A program made the translations under genes and the position numbers. A stretch of DNA of 62,972 nt, the filler included, from Rhabdomonas costata (Eukaryota): NCBI GenBank assembly GCA_019059605.1. It is 48 parts of 48 records of this genome, joined end to end, with 100 filler letters (N's around TTAATTAATTAA, not from the genome) between each part and the next. Parts side by side here need not be neighbours in the genome. Positions count along the whole stretch, not along the records: positions 1 to 1,214 come from JAHMHO010023320.1; positions 1,315 to 2,529 come from JAHMHO010023321.1; positions 2,630 to 3,843 come from JAHMHO010023322.1; positions 3,944 to 5,158 come from JAHMHO010023323.1; positions 5,259 to 6,472 come from JAHMHO010023324.1; positions 6,573 to 7,786 come from JAHMHO010023325.1; positions 7,887 to 9,100 come from JAHMHO010023326.1; positions 9,201 to 10,414 come from JAHMHO010023327.1; 40 more parts are not named here. One strand, given 5' to 3'. Shown here one piece after another: positions 1-10,395 of the stretch (positions within the stretch are counted from its first letter, which is position 1; each line of letters begins with the position of its first letter). The notes beneath the pieces were generated by a model. The model was not told the origin of the DNA. It saw nothing but the letters and a program-made list of their open reading frames with translations, and did no database searches.

Positions 1-189
1 GTGTGGGGGGGTTGGTAACACCGCACAAGTGTGGCCACAAATAATTTTTGAATTATTCAACTTTATTTGTGGCCACACTTGTGCGGTGTTACCAACACCT
101 CCAGAAATCTAGACGTTAAGCCAAGAATTTGCCCACATCCTTCCTGCGTTTGTTCCCGGATGGTTACCCCATTCGAGGATGATGAACCA

Positions 190-1205
190 AAGGATTGATT
201 TGAAGCCGAAAAGTAAGGTGCCATCCAAGAGGCTGTACCGAATGTCCACGGCGGCAGATGATAAATTGAGGAAGCAACTGAAGAGTCTACATGATCTTGG
301 TTTTATAGAGCGAGCAAACTAGCCTTTTGGATCATGGTGCTTTTCGTTCCGAAGTCCAACGGTAAGTTGCTGCTGTGCGTTGATTACAGAACGTTGAATG
401 CAATCACTGTTACAGATGCGTAACCTTTACCACAAACTGAGGAGATGATTGATTACTCTGGGTAGGCTAAGTGGTTTTTCAAACTAGATTTGGATGATGG
501 GTTCCATAAGATAGCAGTGGAAGGAATTGAAGACAAAGTGCGGTTGGTTACAAATACACATTCATGCCGTTTGTGTTGTGCAATGCCCAACCACGTTCAA
601 TAGAACCGTGGACTTTGTTCTTTATGATCCGCGAGAGACTACAGATGCGTACGCGGACGACATTCTCGTCCATAAGGAGACCTTGGAAGCCCAAGTGGAA
701 GAGTTGTGTGTACCAGAGTTTGGATAAGCTTTTTTCAAATACAGAGGAGTATATGCTTGAACAACCAAAAGTCAAGTATTATAGATTTATTGTGGGGAGA
801 AATTGGATTAGACCACAGCCGAGGAAACTGATGGCCGCCCTTATCGAGCGCACCTACATGTTCAAGAACATCAACAGAAAGGTTTATGTGCATACCTGTG
901 ATGTGTGTCAGTGATGCAAAGATGACTACCATTTGCCAAGATGACATACCCAGGTGTTGGAGGTGCCAGTGAGTAAATCGAAATCCATTTCAATGGATTT
1001 CGTTTCCACGCTGCCTGGCCCTTGGAAGGTTTCATGCAAAGTGCAGGTGGTGTTTACCGTTAACAATTGGGCTACAAATATGGTTGTGTTGATAACTTTC
1101 CATAACAAAATGAATGGTGTGAGGTAGTGAGACACAATGGTTTACCTAGGATTATTGTGAGCTATCGCGATCCAATCTTTATTTCCGTATTCTGGAGAGG
1201 TCTAA
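190..1205 (+). mobile_element. Degenerate Ty3/gypsy LTR retrotransposon pol (RT and integrase remnants)
   Basis: Frames read IDLKPKSKVPSKRLYRMS, LFVPKSNGKLLLCVDYRTLNAITV, WFFKLDLDDGFH, MPF.LCNA, YADD, YVHTCDVCQ, ISMDFV, GLPRIIVSYRDPIFIS; many stops and frameshifts. Confidence 0.9.
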
Positions 1206-1214
1206 TGGCCTTCC

Positions 1215-1314
1215 NNNNNNNNNNNNNNNNNNNNNNNNNNNNNNNNNNNNNNNNNNNNTTAATTAATTAANNNNNNNNNNNNNNNNNNNNNNNNNNNNNN
1301 NNNNNNNNNNNNNN
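1215..1314. other. Artificial contig spacer (N44-TTAATTAATTAA-N44); first of 47 identical spacers
   Basis: Same 100-nt block with six-frame stop core recurs about every 1314 nt, giving 48 contigs of about 1214 nt. Confidence 0.99.
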
Positions 1315-1776
1315 TTGTGGGGACCTGAGGACAGAAGTAGAAAAAGCCTAGAGCAGGGGGAAAATGGAAAGTGCCGGGGGAGTGGACGGAGAAGAGAGCT
1401 GTAGAAGGGAAGGGGTGTGCATCAGACGTTCGAATATGCACGGCATCGGACCGGACAGCGTATGCATGTGTGTGTGCAAGCGCGAGAACTCAAGTACAAG
1501 GACTGCTGAAAATATAGCTGACAAAAAAAGACCCGTCAAAACGGTGGCTGGGAGAGCTGGGGGAGCGCGTGGCTACTCGGCCCACTCGTTGTTTGGGTCA
1601 CCGGCAGCTGGAGGTTCCTCCGAGCGCAGAACCAAAGCTCATGGTCAAACTTCACAGCGCTACTAAGACACACAGACTCCATGGCCTCTGCCGAATGAGG
1701 AATGAACCATTGACACCCACGACAACAAACGCAGGTCACTTCAGCGGTGTGGTCGTGAGGTACAGATTGAGCGCAC

Positions 1777-1878
1777 CATGTATGGCTTCAGGTCAATCTC
1801 CTCGTAGTACACGTACCGGTCGTGGACCTTCGCCATCCTGTCATACTCCACGTTGTATTCGAATTTCCGCAGATGGAC
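1777..1878 (-). CDS. Ubiquitin-specific protease (USP7/UBP15-like) internal exon
   Basis: VHLRKFEYNVEYDRMAKVHDRYVYYEEIDLKPYM resembles LHLKRFEYD..KINDRYEFPEEIDL; flanked by tttcag| and |gtgcgc. Confidence 0.75.
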
Positions 1879-3515
1879 CTGAAAAAAAAAACAGAGAAAC
1901 AAAATGAATAGGGGTGTAGAGGGCAAGCCGAAGCAGGCCTGGGTTCTTTTGTATATGCAACAGGCCTACTGAAGCGCAGCGTAGTTGTTTACTGTGGCGA
2001 TCACACTTTCTGCTTTTCTGTCTCTTTTGACACACATTGTGCACAGGTGCCTTTTCGGACACTTAACACTATAGATTTCTGTGATTTAAGGGACTAGCAG
2101 TCCCGGAATCACACCCAAAACCCCAATTCAGGATATACCAATTCAGGATATAGGGTAGCAAACAGGGTGGGAACGCAAGAACTAAGCAGCACATGCAATG
2201 AAGACAATCAGAACAAAAGCAACATCGCCATCTGAATTATCACCACTCTCGTTTGCTCTGGATCACCAGCACCCGGTCACCTTCCCAGAACTTTTCCGGA
2301 ACGTCAGAGAAGGCAAAATCGCAAACACACAACATACTACAGTGAAGAGAGCATGTTCGATATTTTCTTATTCACCATTTCTCGCAACTGTGGCATCGTT
2401 TGACGCCCTCCCCTTCCCACCACTACCACCATTCCCTCCAAGCCCTTATCGGTCTGTGCATCTTCACGTGGTTCGCTCCCTATGCGTCCGTCTTGACCTG
2501 GACCAGCGAGTTGCCCAGGGTGACCCACCNNNNNNNNNNNNNNNNNNNNNNNNNNNNNNNNNNNNNNNNNNNNTTAATTAATTAANNNNNNNNNNNNNNN
2601 NNNNNNNNNNNNNNNNNNNNNNNNNNNNNCTCTCTCTCTCTACGTGTCGTTTTCCGTCTTTGTGTCTCCCATCCCCCACCTCTCTTTTTCTTCCTCTTCC
2701 TCTTCCTCTTTCCCTTTCTTTTTCTGGCGCTTTCTTCCTTCCTCTGGTGGGATGGGGATGCAGCTCGGTCGGCAGAACGGTCTCCGCGCCCCTCGTCCTC
2801 CCGCTCGCGCTCCCGCTCCCGCGAGGCCTCGGCGAAGTAGCGCGAAGAGGAAGGGAGCCACGGGGGACACTGTGCACAACCACCCCCACTCCCACCCATC
2901 CTTTGTCGACGAATTTTTGGCTGAATTTGCGTCTCGCGCATTCGGTGTATGGGTGCAGTTTTCGAGCTGCCTTGCCTCTGGTTTGCTGCTCGTCTGAACC
3001 ACGGGACACGTTAGGGGTTAGGAAGAATCAAGAATAAATTAGGAAGAATCAAGAGTCAAGAATATCATAAACGACGTCAAGGGCAGCCACCGCAGCCACA
3101 GATGGAGCCAAAAACGCACCATTCTTCGTCGGTAACAGCAGGCGTAAACTGAGGGTGGAACGAGATGAATGAACCAGAACAGCTCCACAAGGGAATCCGA
3201 AATCAGGAGAAATATGGTCAGTTTGGGAGGTTGGGTCGCTCTCTAACTCTGCTGTTCTTTCAAGATTATTCCATCGATGCAAACACTGCCGCTGTGATTT
3301 TGGGGCTAAACGTTCGAATCCTGAAAGCTTTTGCCCATCCTTACAACAGTCTCGTAGCCAGGGTTCTCTCCTTCTACAGGCCACTCGCTTCTCCTCGATT
3401 TGCCATTCATATTATTACACCGCTCGTCGTCCTTCTCGTCCTTCGTTGAGACTGAAAAAGAGGGTGAGGCGTGACGTGAGGTCTGAATTGTGAGGTTGAG
3501 GAGCGTAAGAAAAAG

Positions 3516-3838
3516 ATGGCGCTGCAGAGCCACGCTCCCTACCTGGCTTGCATTCGAGAGACGCTGAAGGCCGCCCTATGCCTGCAGAACTTCCCCTCCC
3601 AGGCATGGTTTTGTGTTGGGATCTGCCCGTGCCTTTTTTTGTGTTTTTCTTTGTGTTTTCGAAATATGGAAATCGTCGCTGGGCTTTTAAGGCACATGTT
3701 CATCTCCGCCCCTTCTACCCTCGCACATTTGGATCTTTTCGGTTTTCTTTGACACGGCTGTCTGATTTGGTTTGTGCATTTTTTCTGGTGGTCTGCATGC
3801 GTTTTCGGTGGGTGTCGCAAGGTCGCGGAGCGGCACAA
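3516..3838 (+). CDS. ARPC4: Arp2/3 complex subunit 4, exons 3516-3602 and 3822-contig end
   Basis: MALQSHAPYLACIRETLKAALCLQNFPSQ|VAERH matches PYL.AVR.TL.AALCL.NF.SQVVERH; GC-AG intron 3603-3821. Confidence 0.9.
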
Positions 3839-3943
3839 AAACCNNNNNNNNNNNNNNNNNNNNNNNNNNNNNNNNNNNNNNNNNNNNTTAATTAATTAAN
3901 NNNNNNNNNNNNNNNNNNNNNNNNNNNNNNNNNNNNNNNNNNN

Positions 3944-4910
3944 GGTGGGGGGGGCATTCTGGCCGCCTTCCTGGGCACAGTGGTTCTGATGTCGTACGGG
4001 CTGCTGACACGACCGCTGCGAATCTTGACGCGCCACATCGACCAGCTTCGGCAGACACTGTTGGCCAATGATGCGGCCAGCTTCAATGCCACTGCAAGCC
4101 ATGAAATGTCCCTAGTGGTTGCTGAAGGTCGTGTCTCTGGCATCAGCTCGCGGTTCACCGAGGTCAATGCACTTTACCAAAGTGTGGTGACCGCGTTGGA
4201 GGCTGCGGCACAGGTCAGTGTGCAGCGGGCTCAGGAGGCTGCACAGACGGCGGAGCTTCGGCGGGCCGAGGAGGAGACGCAGTCGCTGATGAAGGCGAAG
4301 GAGAGCTTCTTTGCGGTGATGTCGCACGAGATGCGGACCCCGCTCACTGCGTGCATCGGGATGGCAGAGGTTGTTGCCCCCATTTTTCTGTTCCTTTGTG
4401 TTGCCAGCTAATTGTCTTGTTGTGCCGTGGACTTAGGTTGTTTTTCACCGCAATTAGGGGATGGCAGATGTTGTGATTTCGATGGAGGGCAGTATTTCCG
4501 TTGCACAAGAAAAAGCGCAAGAAAAAGTCGTTTATTTTTTAGGTGGCCGTGCTGAGTTTTGTTGTTTCCTGTGGGAAAACGTCATGAGAAAGTGCTTACT
4601 GGGAGGAGGGTGTGGATGGCTACTCTCCCCCGGAATCCGTTGAGCGAGGGTCCAAAAAGTACTTGACCCAGAGGGAGGGTGGGGGTGTCGCCAAAAAGCA
4701 GTTGAGAAGAAGCCCAATACATCTTGTTCACAGACTCGGACGGGGGAAGGTATTTTTCACGGCGATCAGTCCCGCAATGAGCAACTTAACACGTTGGTGC
4801 TTTCCGATCGATGGTTTTTTCGCATCGGGTTTCACTTTCCTCCTTCCGGAGGTCTGAATGTTTTGTGGGCTTCGTTCTGTTCTCCGCACAGGTTCTGCGG
4901 GACACAACTT
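3944..4910 (+). CDS. Membrane sensor histidine kinase (TM, HAMP-like segment, HisKA), exons 3944-4369 and 4892-about 4910
   Basis: H-box KESFFAVMSHEMRTPLTACIGMAE|VLRDT; hydrophobic segment followed by LLTRPLRIL; GT-AG intron 4370-4891. Confidence 0.85.
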
Positions 4911-5528
4911 GCATAGACTTCTCCATCCGTCCGTCCACCTCTTTCACCCGAGAACTTCCTCCCCGCTCTCCACTACCCTCACAAAGAGAGCTCCCCTAGC
5001 CCACCCAAGGAGAAACCCCGTCCCCAACAAAGGAGAAGTTTCCCCGTCCGCAAAAACAGAAGCTTTTCAGCCCAGGCACATAGCCCCTCTGCCCACAGAT
5101 GGAGCCGCTCCACTGTCTCCGCAGCCCTAGTCCGACACACACAGTTCCCCACCCCAACNNNNNNNNNNNNNNNNNNNNNNNNNNNNNNNNNNNNNNNNNN
5201 NNTTAATTAATTAANNNNNNNNNNNNNNNNNNNNNNNNNNNNNNNNNNNNNNNNNNNNGGGGGTTGTGGGAAAATTAGTTTTGGGTATCTATTCAGCGTA
5301 GGAGAGCACGATGTGTTGCCCTTGATTCCCCAAATGCAAGGAACAACAACGGAAATGGGCCCAAGCACAAACTGACTGTGATTTTGGGTGAACGGTATTC
5401 GGGGCTGGGCTGGGCATGGAACATTAACCAGTGCTTCATATGCGGGAGGCCCACTGTGTGCACAAAATCCCCGGGCCTTCTTCGGCTTTTGCCTTCTTCA
5501 TGTGCTACTTTTTTTCCGGGCGTGCAGG

Positions 5529-5690
5529 GATTTACCGCCATTCTGGGCATCTCGCCCACGTCGATTTCGACTTCGACGTAGAAGTGGATCCCTCCCGTGC
5601 TGACGAGGTGGTGGAGGCACTGGAGAAGGCCACGGCCTCTGCAGCTGTGCCATACGCCTTGACCCGCTTTGGGGCCCTCACCCACCGAAG
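5529..5690 (+). CDS. Internal exon, unknown protein
   Basis: tgcag| and ag|gttgac boundaries; coding-like IYRHSGHLAHVDFDFDVEVDPSRADEVVEALEKA. Confidence 0.45.
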
Positions 5691-6708
5691 GTTGACAATG
5701 TCCGATCAACCTCCTCGTATTCATATACTTCCTCCACACAATATGAATGTCAATCGCTTTTGTTTTTCAATTGGGTTGACCTGCGTGAATGGAGTCAGTA
5801 TGGTGAGGCACTGCGAGCTTGGATGAACCAAATCTGTACACAACCACAAACAAGCAAGGGGGAACCCCCCCCCCCATGGTGGGGCGGTCCTTCTCCTCTT
5901 GCTCTACTCGCAAAAAGGGAAGAGAAAGTGAGAGTGACAAACCGAGACCGAGAAGCCCAGAGTTTGAGAGAACCATTCACAGCTTATTTGAGCTGATTTT
6001 TCTGATAGTGCTTCGGGGGCACATTGGGAGTGGGTCCACCCATTATTGGGGTGCGTGGGTGCAGCGCGGAGGCTAGTTGGCATAGTGGGTCTGCTGTCTG
6101 TGGTTTTGTATGGCGGGGAACACGACGGAGAGAAACTGTAGACGTTTCTTTCGGTTTTTACCTTCAGGAAATGGTGCCAAGATAGGAAAACCGAAAATTC
6201 CGGGGGCTATGCGCGCCCGCGAAAATTGGCGGGTGCGCTGCATACGAATCGTATGAATCAGGGTGCACGGTATTGTGGTATGCTACGAAAGCAATGCCCA
6301 AGAAGCTGCCTCATTGCTGAGTACACAGGTGGCTTCTCCCCCTGGGACGCTTTTTTATCCTTTGTCGTCGCAAGTGCTGGCCCAGCAGGGATCCCATACT
6401 ATCGTAAACGATGAAAGACGAAAGAAAAAAAAAACACGAGGGGTTTGCCCTTTTCAAACACAAGTACGGCCCNNNNNNNNNNNNNNNNNNNNNNNNNNNN
6501 NNNNNNNNNNNNNNNNTTAATTAATTAANNNNNNNNNNNNNNNNNNNNNNNNNNNNNNNNNNNNNNNNNNNNTGTTGTTTGTGAGCTTAGCTTGTGGTTC
6601 AGTGTTTGGGTTTTCATATCCGATGGGTGCATTTTTTGCTGTCCAAGTTCCTCTCATTCGGTGTACCTTCCTGCATATCGGCTCTCACTCTCTCGGGCTT
6701 TGCCTCAG

Positions 6709-6843
6709 AAACACCAATCTGGAAGCTTTGAGGAGGCTGCCCGGCTGTACGACTTGGTGCTGTCCACCAGCCCTGGCGACCTCCTGGCAGCCCGGCGGAT
6801 GGAGCTGGCCCAGGCTGGCGAGTGGGTGGACCTTATTCAGTGA
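6709..6843 (+). CDS. Terminal exon with a TPR-like helix pair
   Basis: KHQSGSFEEAARLYDLVLSTSPGDLLAARRMELAQ...stop; ctcag| acceptor. Confidence 0.5.
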   Translation, partial: KHQSGSFEEAARLYDLVLSTSPGDLLAARRMELAQAGEWVDLIQ

Positions 6844-7361
6844 TCCTCTGAGAGAGGCCATGCTCCACGCGACCTAATAATTACAGACGATTCCTGTGGA
6901 AGTGATCTCCGCGGGAAGTTTGTTGATAAGAATCGACGCTGGGGAAACGAAGGGATGCCTCCTGAACTCAGTTTGCGAATGCAATGCACATGCGGCCGCC
7001 CACAGGCAGTGGTTGGTGATGTGTGTCCCTCCTGAACTGCAACGTGTCATTGTTGAGAGTGAAATTGAAGTGGACGTGTTGTGGTGGCCATGGCGAGGGG
7101 AGCTTTTCTGGCTTCTTGGGACTACGGTGGGTCTTTTCTCGGCCAGTCGTTTCAGTAGCTTTTGCCTGCATCAAGACCAGTGGTTTTGCTTTTCAATCTG
7201 AGGTGGTTGTTCGCACAGCCGCAGTGTTTTTGGAATCGCGGTGTCTCTCCCGACTTTTCCATCCAGCTTCTCTTCTGTTTGAGCAATTCCACACCCCTCC
7301 GCTCCCAGCCCTCACCCTCGACTCTTGAACTCGACACTTTTTCCGGGAAGACGGGTGTGCA

Positions 7362-7595
7362 ATGGCCGGCCCAGAAAAAGGCTTTCCGTCCGCCTTTGCT
7401 GGGCGAGTTGGTGGTGGGGTTGAGGAGCTGCTCGAGCAATTTCTGGCCGTCTCCCCAGTGGCGGCGCAGCTGCGCCCAGAAACTGTTGACCGATGGCGGG
7501 CTCACCTCCGCGGGCTTTCGTCCTCGACCACCCAGCAGACGGCCCTCCGCCCCGGCCGCGTGGAAGCCGCAGAAGCCCATCTCGCCGAGTCAGAG
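7362..7595 (+). CDS. Probable first exon, unknown protein
   Basis: ATG after pyrimidine-rich leader, GC3-rich codons, ends gag|gtaccc. Confidence 0.45.
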
Positions 7596-8083
7596 GTACC
7601 CTGGTTTGTGAGATGTCTCAAGGTGGTGATTGATTCTTCAGTTATTCATGCAGTGCTCCTTCCCTGTGATTCAAGCAGATGATTCGGTGGGAAGCGATGG
7701 ATGTTTCTCCGAGATTCGAACACAAGGCTTTGCATGAAAATGATTGGCATGTGTCCCCACAACCCCCAAACACACCACCCCCCCACNNNNNNNNNNNNNN
7801 NNNNNNNNNNNNNNNNNNNNNNNNNNNNNNTTAATTAATTAANNNNNNNNNNNNNNNNNNNNNNNNNNNNNNNNNNNNNNNNNNNNGTGTTTGTGTACGA
7901 AACTCGGGTAGCGGGTTGTTTTCACGCTTGGCAGCATGGCATCTGTTTTGGCAATTGAGTGGTATACAACTTCGTGTGCAACTTGTTTTTCTCGATGACA
8001 AACTCGATCCGAAAGGTGAACGCACCTTACTTGAAGAACATCCATGCATTACTTACATACAAAATGCACACGGCTGGCCTCAG

Positions 8084-8302
8084 ATTCCCGTGGACCGTGT
8101 GCTGGAGACCTCCCACGAGGTTCTGGTGCTGACCGAGGTGCGGGCACCCGTGGAGAAGATAGTGGAGCGGATCATCCCGGAGAGCATCGGTGTGCCTGTG
8201 GAGCGGGTGGTGGAGCGTGTGGTGGAGCGGCCGGTGGAGCGCATCGTGGAGAAGATCGTGCACCGGGTCGTGGAGAGGGTGGTCGAGGTGCCCGTGGACA
8301 AG
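8084..8302 (+). CDS. Articulin/epiplasmin-like pellicle protein exon
   Basis: Repeats PVEKIVERII, VPVERVVERVVE, RPVERIVEKIV, EVPVDK; cag| and aag|gtctg boundaries. Confidence 0.75.
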
Positions 8303-9200
8303 GTCTGTTGGAAAGGCTGCCTTTCCCTGTGTTTCTTCTTCATATCGATTTTTTTTCACTTGGCAGAAAATCTCGCGACAATAAAACGGCGATTTTGTAG
8401 CACCTGGGGCATGATGATTTCGGAACTTGTATCAGTGGTAATATTGCCCCCACCACCTTAAAAGAGAGTTTTTTGAGATGTAATCTAAAGGAGGCCTTTT
8501 TTCCTTACAAGCGATATTTCCCAGGAAAACTTGTGCAGTGGAATGTCTGTTAAATGGTTGCATTTGAACAGCCTGGTTGTTGGGAGCACGTATCTTTGCA
8601 AACCGCGCTCTGAAAAGGAGACATTGTGACATGGTTCTCTCATGGCGCACAACTTTATTGGGTGCTTCAGGAAGTTTTCATCCTTTATTGGACATTAAAA
8701 GGACTTTAATGAGGGTCATCACATCTCGCCTTTGAGGTTTCGAGGTCAGTTGTTGCAGAATTATCCCTTCGGCTGTAACTCTCACTCTTGACATGATGCG
8801 CGCCATACCATCCAATTATCCGCACAATGCACGTTCATTCGCCCAATAATTAGAGGGCTGGAAATAATTAGTGGGCCAGCCGTTGCGGGCGCGGGTCTCG
8901 CAACCTATGCCAGCCACTGTGGATCTCTTCATACCTTTTGGGTCTCATCTGGGTCATCTTGGCATCCTTGCAACTACCGGAGGTAGTGGTAGGGATGTAT
9001 CCGTAAGGTGGGTCATTCTTGCACTGGTGGCATTTTGGCTCATGTGTCACTCGGTCCCTCAGCTCATCAGCCCCTCCACCCCAACATTCCACGTAAAGGT
9101 NNNNNNNNNNNNNNNNNNNNNNNNNNNNNNNNNNNNNNNNNNNNTTAATTAATTAANNNNNNNNNNNNNNNNNNNNNNNNNNNNNNNNNNNNNNNNNNNN

Positions 9201-10395
9201 GCGCCTGAAGCCACCAAAGTGCAGCTCCACAGAATCTCTCGCCCATGAAGCGAGACTATACCCTGAGAGAACGTCACCGTGTTGATGGCAACCACACTCA
9301 CGGGAAGGTATATAGGGGCGGAGATAAAATCTATCGCTGTGAAGGTCCAGGGCAGGGCCATCGTTCCCACCGTAGTGCGCGCGGGGGTGAAGTGCAGCCC
9401 GATGGATGTGGTCGCATTCGGACCGAAGCGTACATAGAAGCTGAAGTCACACACTTCTGAGGAGCACATGGAACAGATTCCGCTGGACAGGCTGCACCAG
9501 CTCACGTTGCCTTCCACTGCACCCATCGGGTACAACAACTGCACAGCAGCAGGGGAAGATGTTAGAACACCCAACACAACCGCCACGGGCAACTGAGGCG
9601 GCACGAAGGAGCTGGGCAGCACATAGGGCAGGGTGGCCTGGGGACTGAAAACCCCGTAGACAAAAATCGAGCCGGGAACGAAGAGGGGGTCAAAATAAGC
9701 GGCATTCACCGTGACGGAAAAATTGGCCAGACCCACCATCGTTGAGTTCGGAATGAAGGACAGGTAAAGGTACGTGTCGGTGGCATTGGTGTACCTCCAG
9801 TGGTGGGAATCGAGGACACAGCGCCGCTCAGCTCCAACAACCGTGCTGCATTGGTAGGACTCCCTCCCTGCAGGGTAGAGTCCCCAGATGAGCTGGCCCT
9901 CGAGAAGACTGTTTGGGAGAGAGACGTTTTCCCCTCCAATGCTAACACTGGAAGCTCGAATAATGTAGTGAAGCTGCACCATCTGGCCAGCAGACAAAGG
10001 TTCCACCGGCTGCATAGAGGCTTTCACCAGGGTGAAGGCTCCAAACTTGTCCACTGGTGGCAGGTGGGCATAGTCATCAAACCCAGTCGCCTCGAACCGC
10101 ACCACCAGAGGAAGCGGGCCCGCAAGGTTCTTTCTGGGTAGAAAGTGCAGCCAAATGTCCTGCGTGGTGTTGGGTCCAAAAGTCAGCTCGCTGATGTTGC
10201 ATACGTACTCAAAGTACAGGATGTTGCACGACTGGTAGGACCCAGAGACGTTGGACACACTCCACCACAGTCCCTCTTCAAAACAGCCCACGGGAACACT
10301 CAGCCTCTGCCCAATTGGCGTGATACCACTCGCTCGAACGGAGTAGTGCAGCCACACCAGCTGCCCAGTCCTGGGCTGCGAAGGAGTCACCACCA
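9201..10395 (-). CDS. Large extracellular protein fragment with tandem beta-rich (Ig-like?) domains
   Basis: About 400 stop-free codons; repeated GQ.V.LHY..RAS, L.F.P and A..FD motifs; several N-x-S/T sequons. Confidence 0.65.

Noticed and set aside
11..96. Perfect hairpins at 11-96, 13143-13201, 20843-20914, 27436-27492, 28496-28807, 30033-30116 and 33948-34059 as MITEs, terminators or hairpin telomeres
   Set aside because: All seven lie at a contig end next to the primer tail and share no sequence, as expected for fold-back amplification artefacts
1259..1270. Regularly spaced TTAATTAATTAA as a CRISPR-like or biological repeat
   Set aside because: Artificial six-frame stop linker embedded in Ns
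3010..3022. TTAGGGGTTAGG (also near 10541 and 10595) as telomere
   Set aside because: Only one or two internal units, no array
4911..4916. Additional GC donors at 4911 (histidine kinase) and 15212 (dsRBM)
   Set aside because: Next exons are off-contig, so the boundaries cannot be fixed
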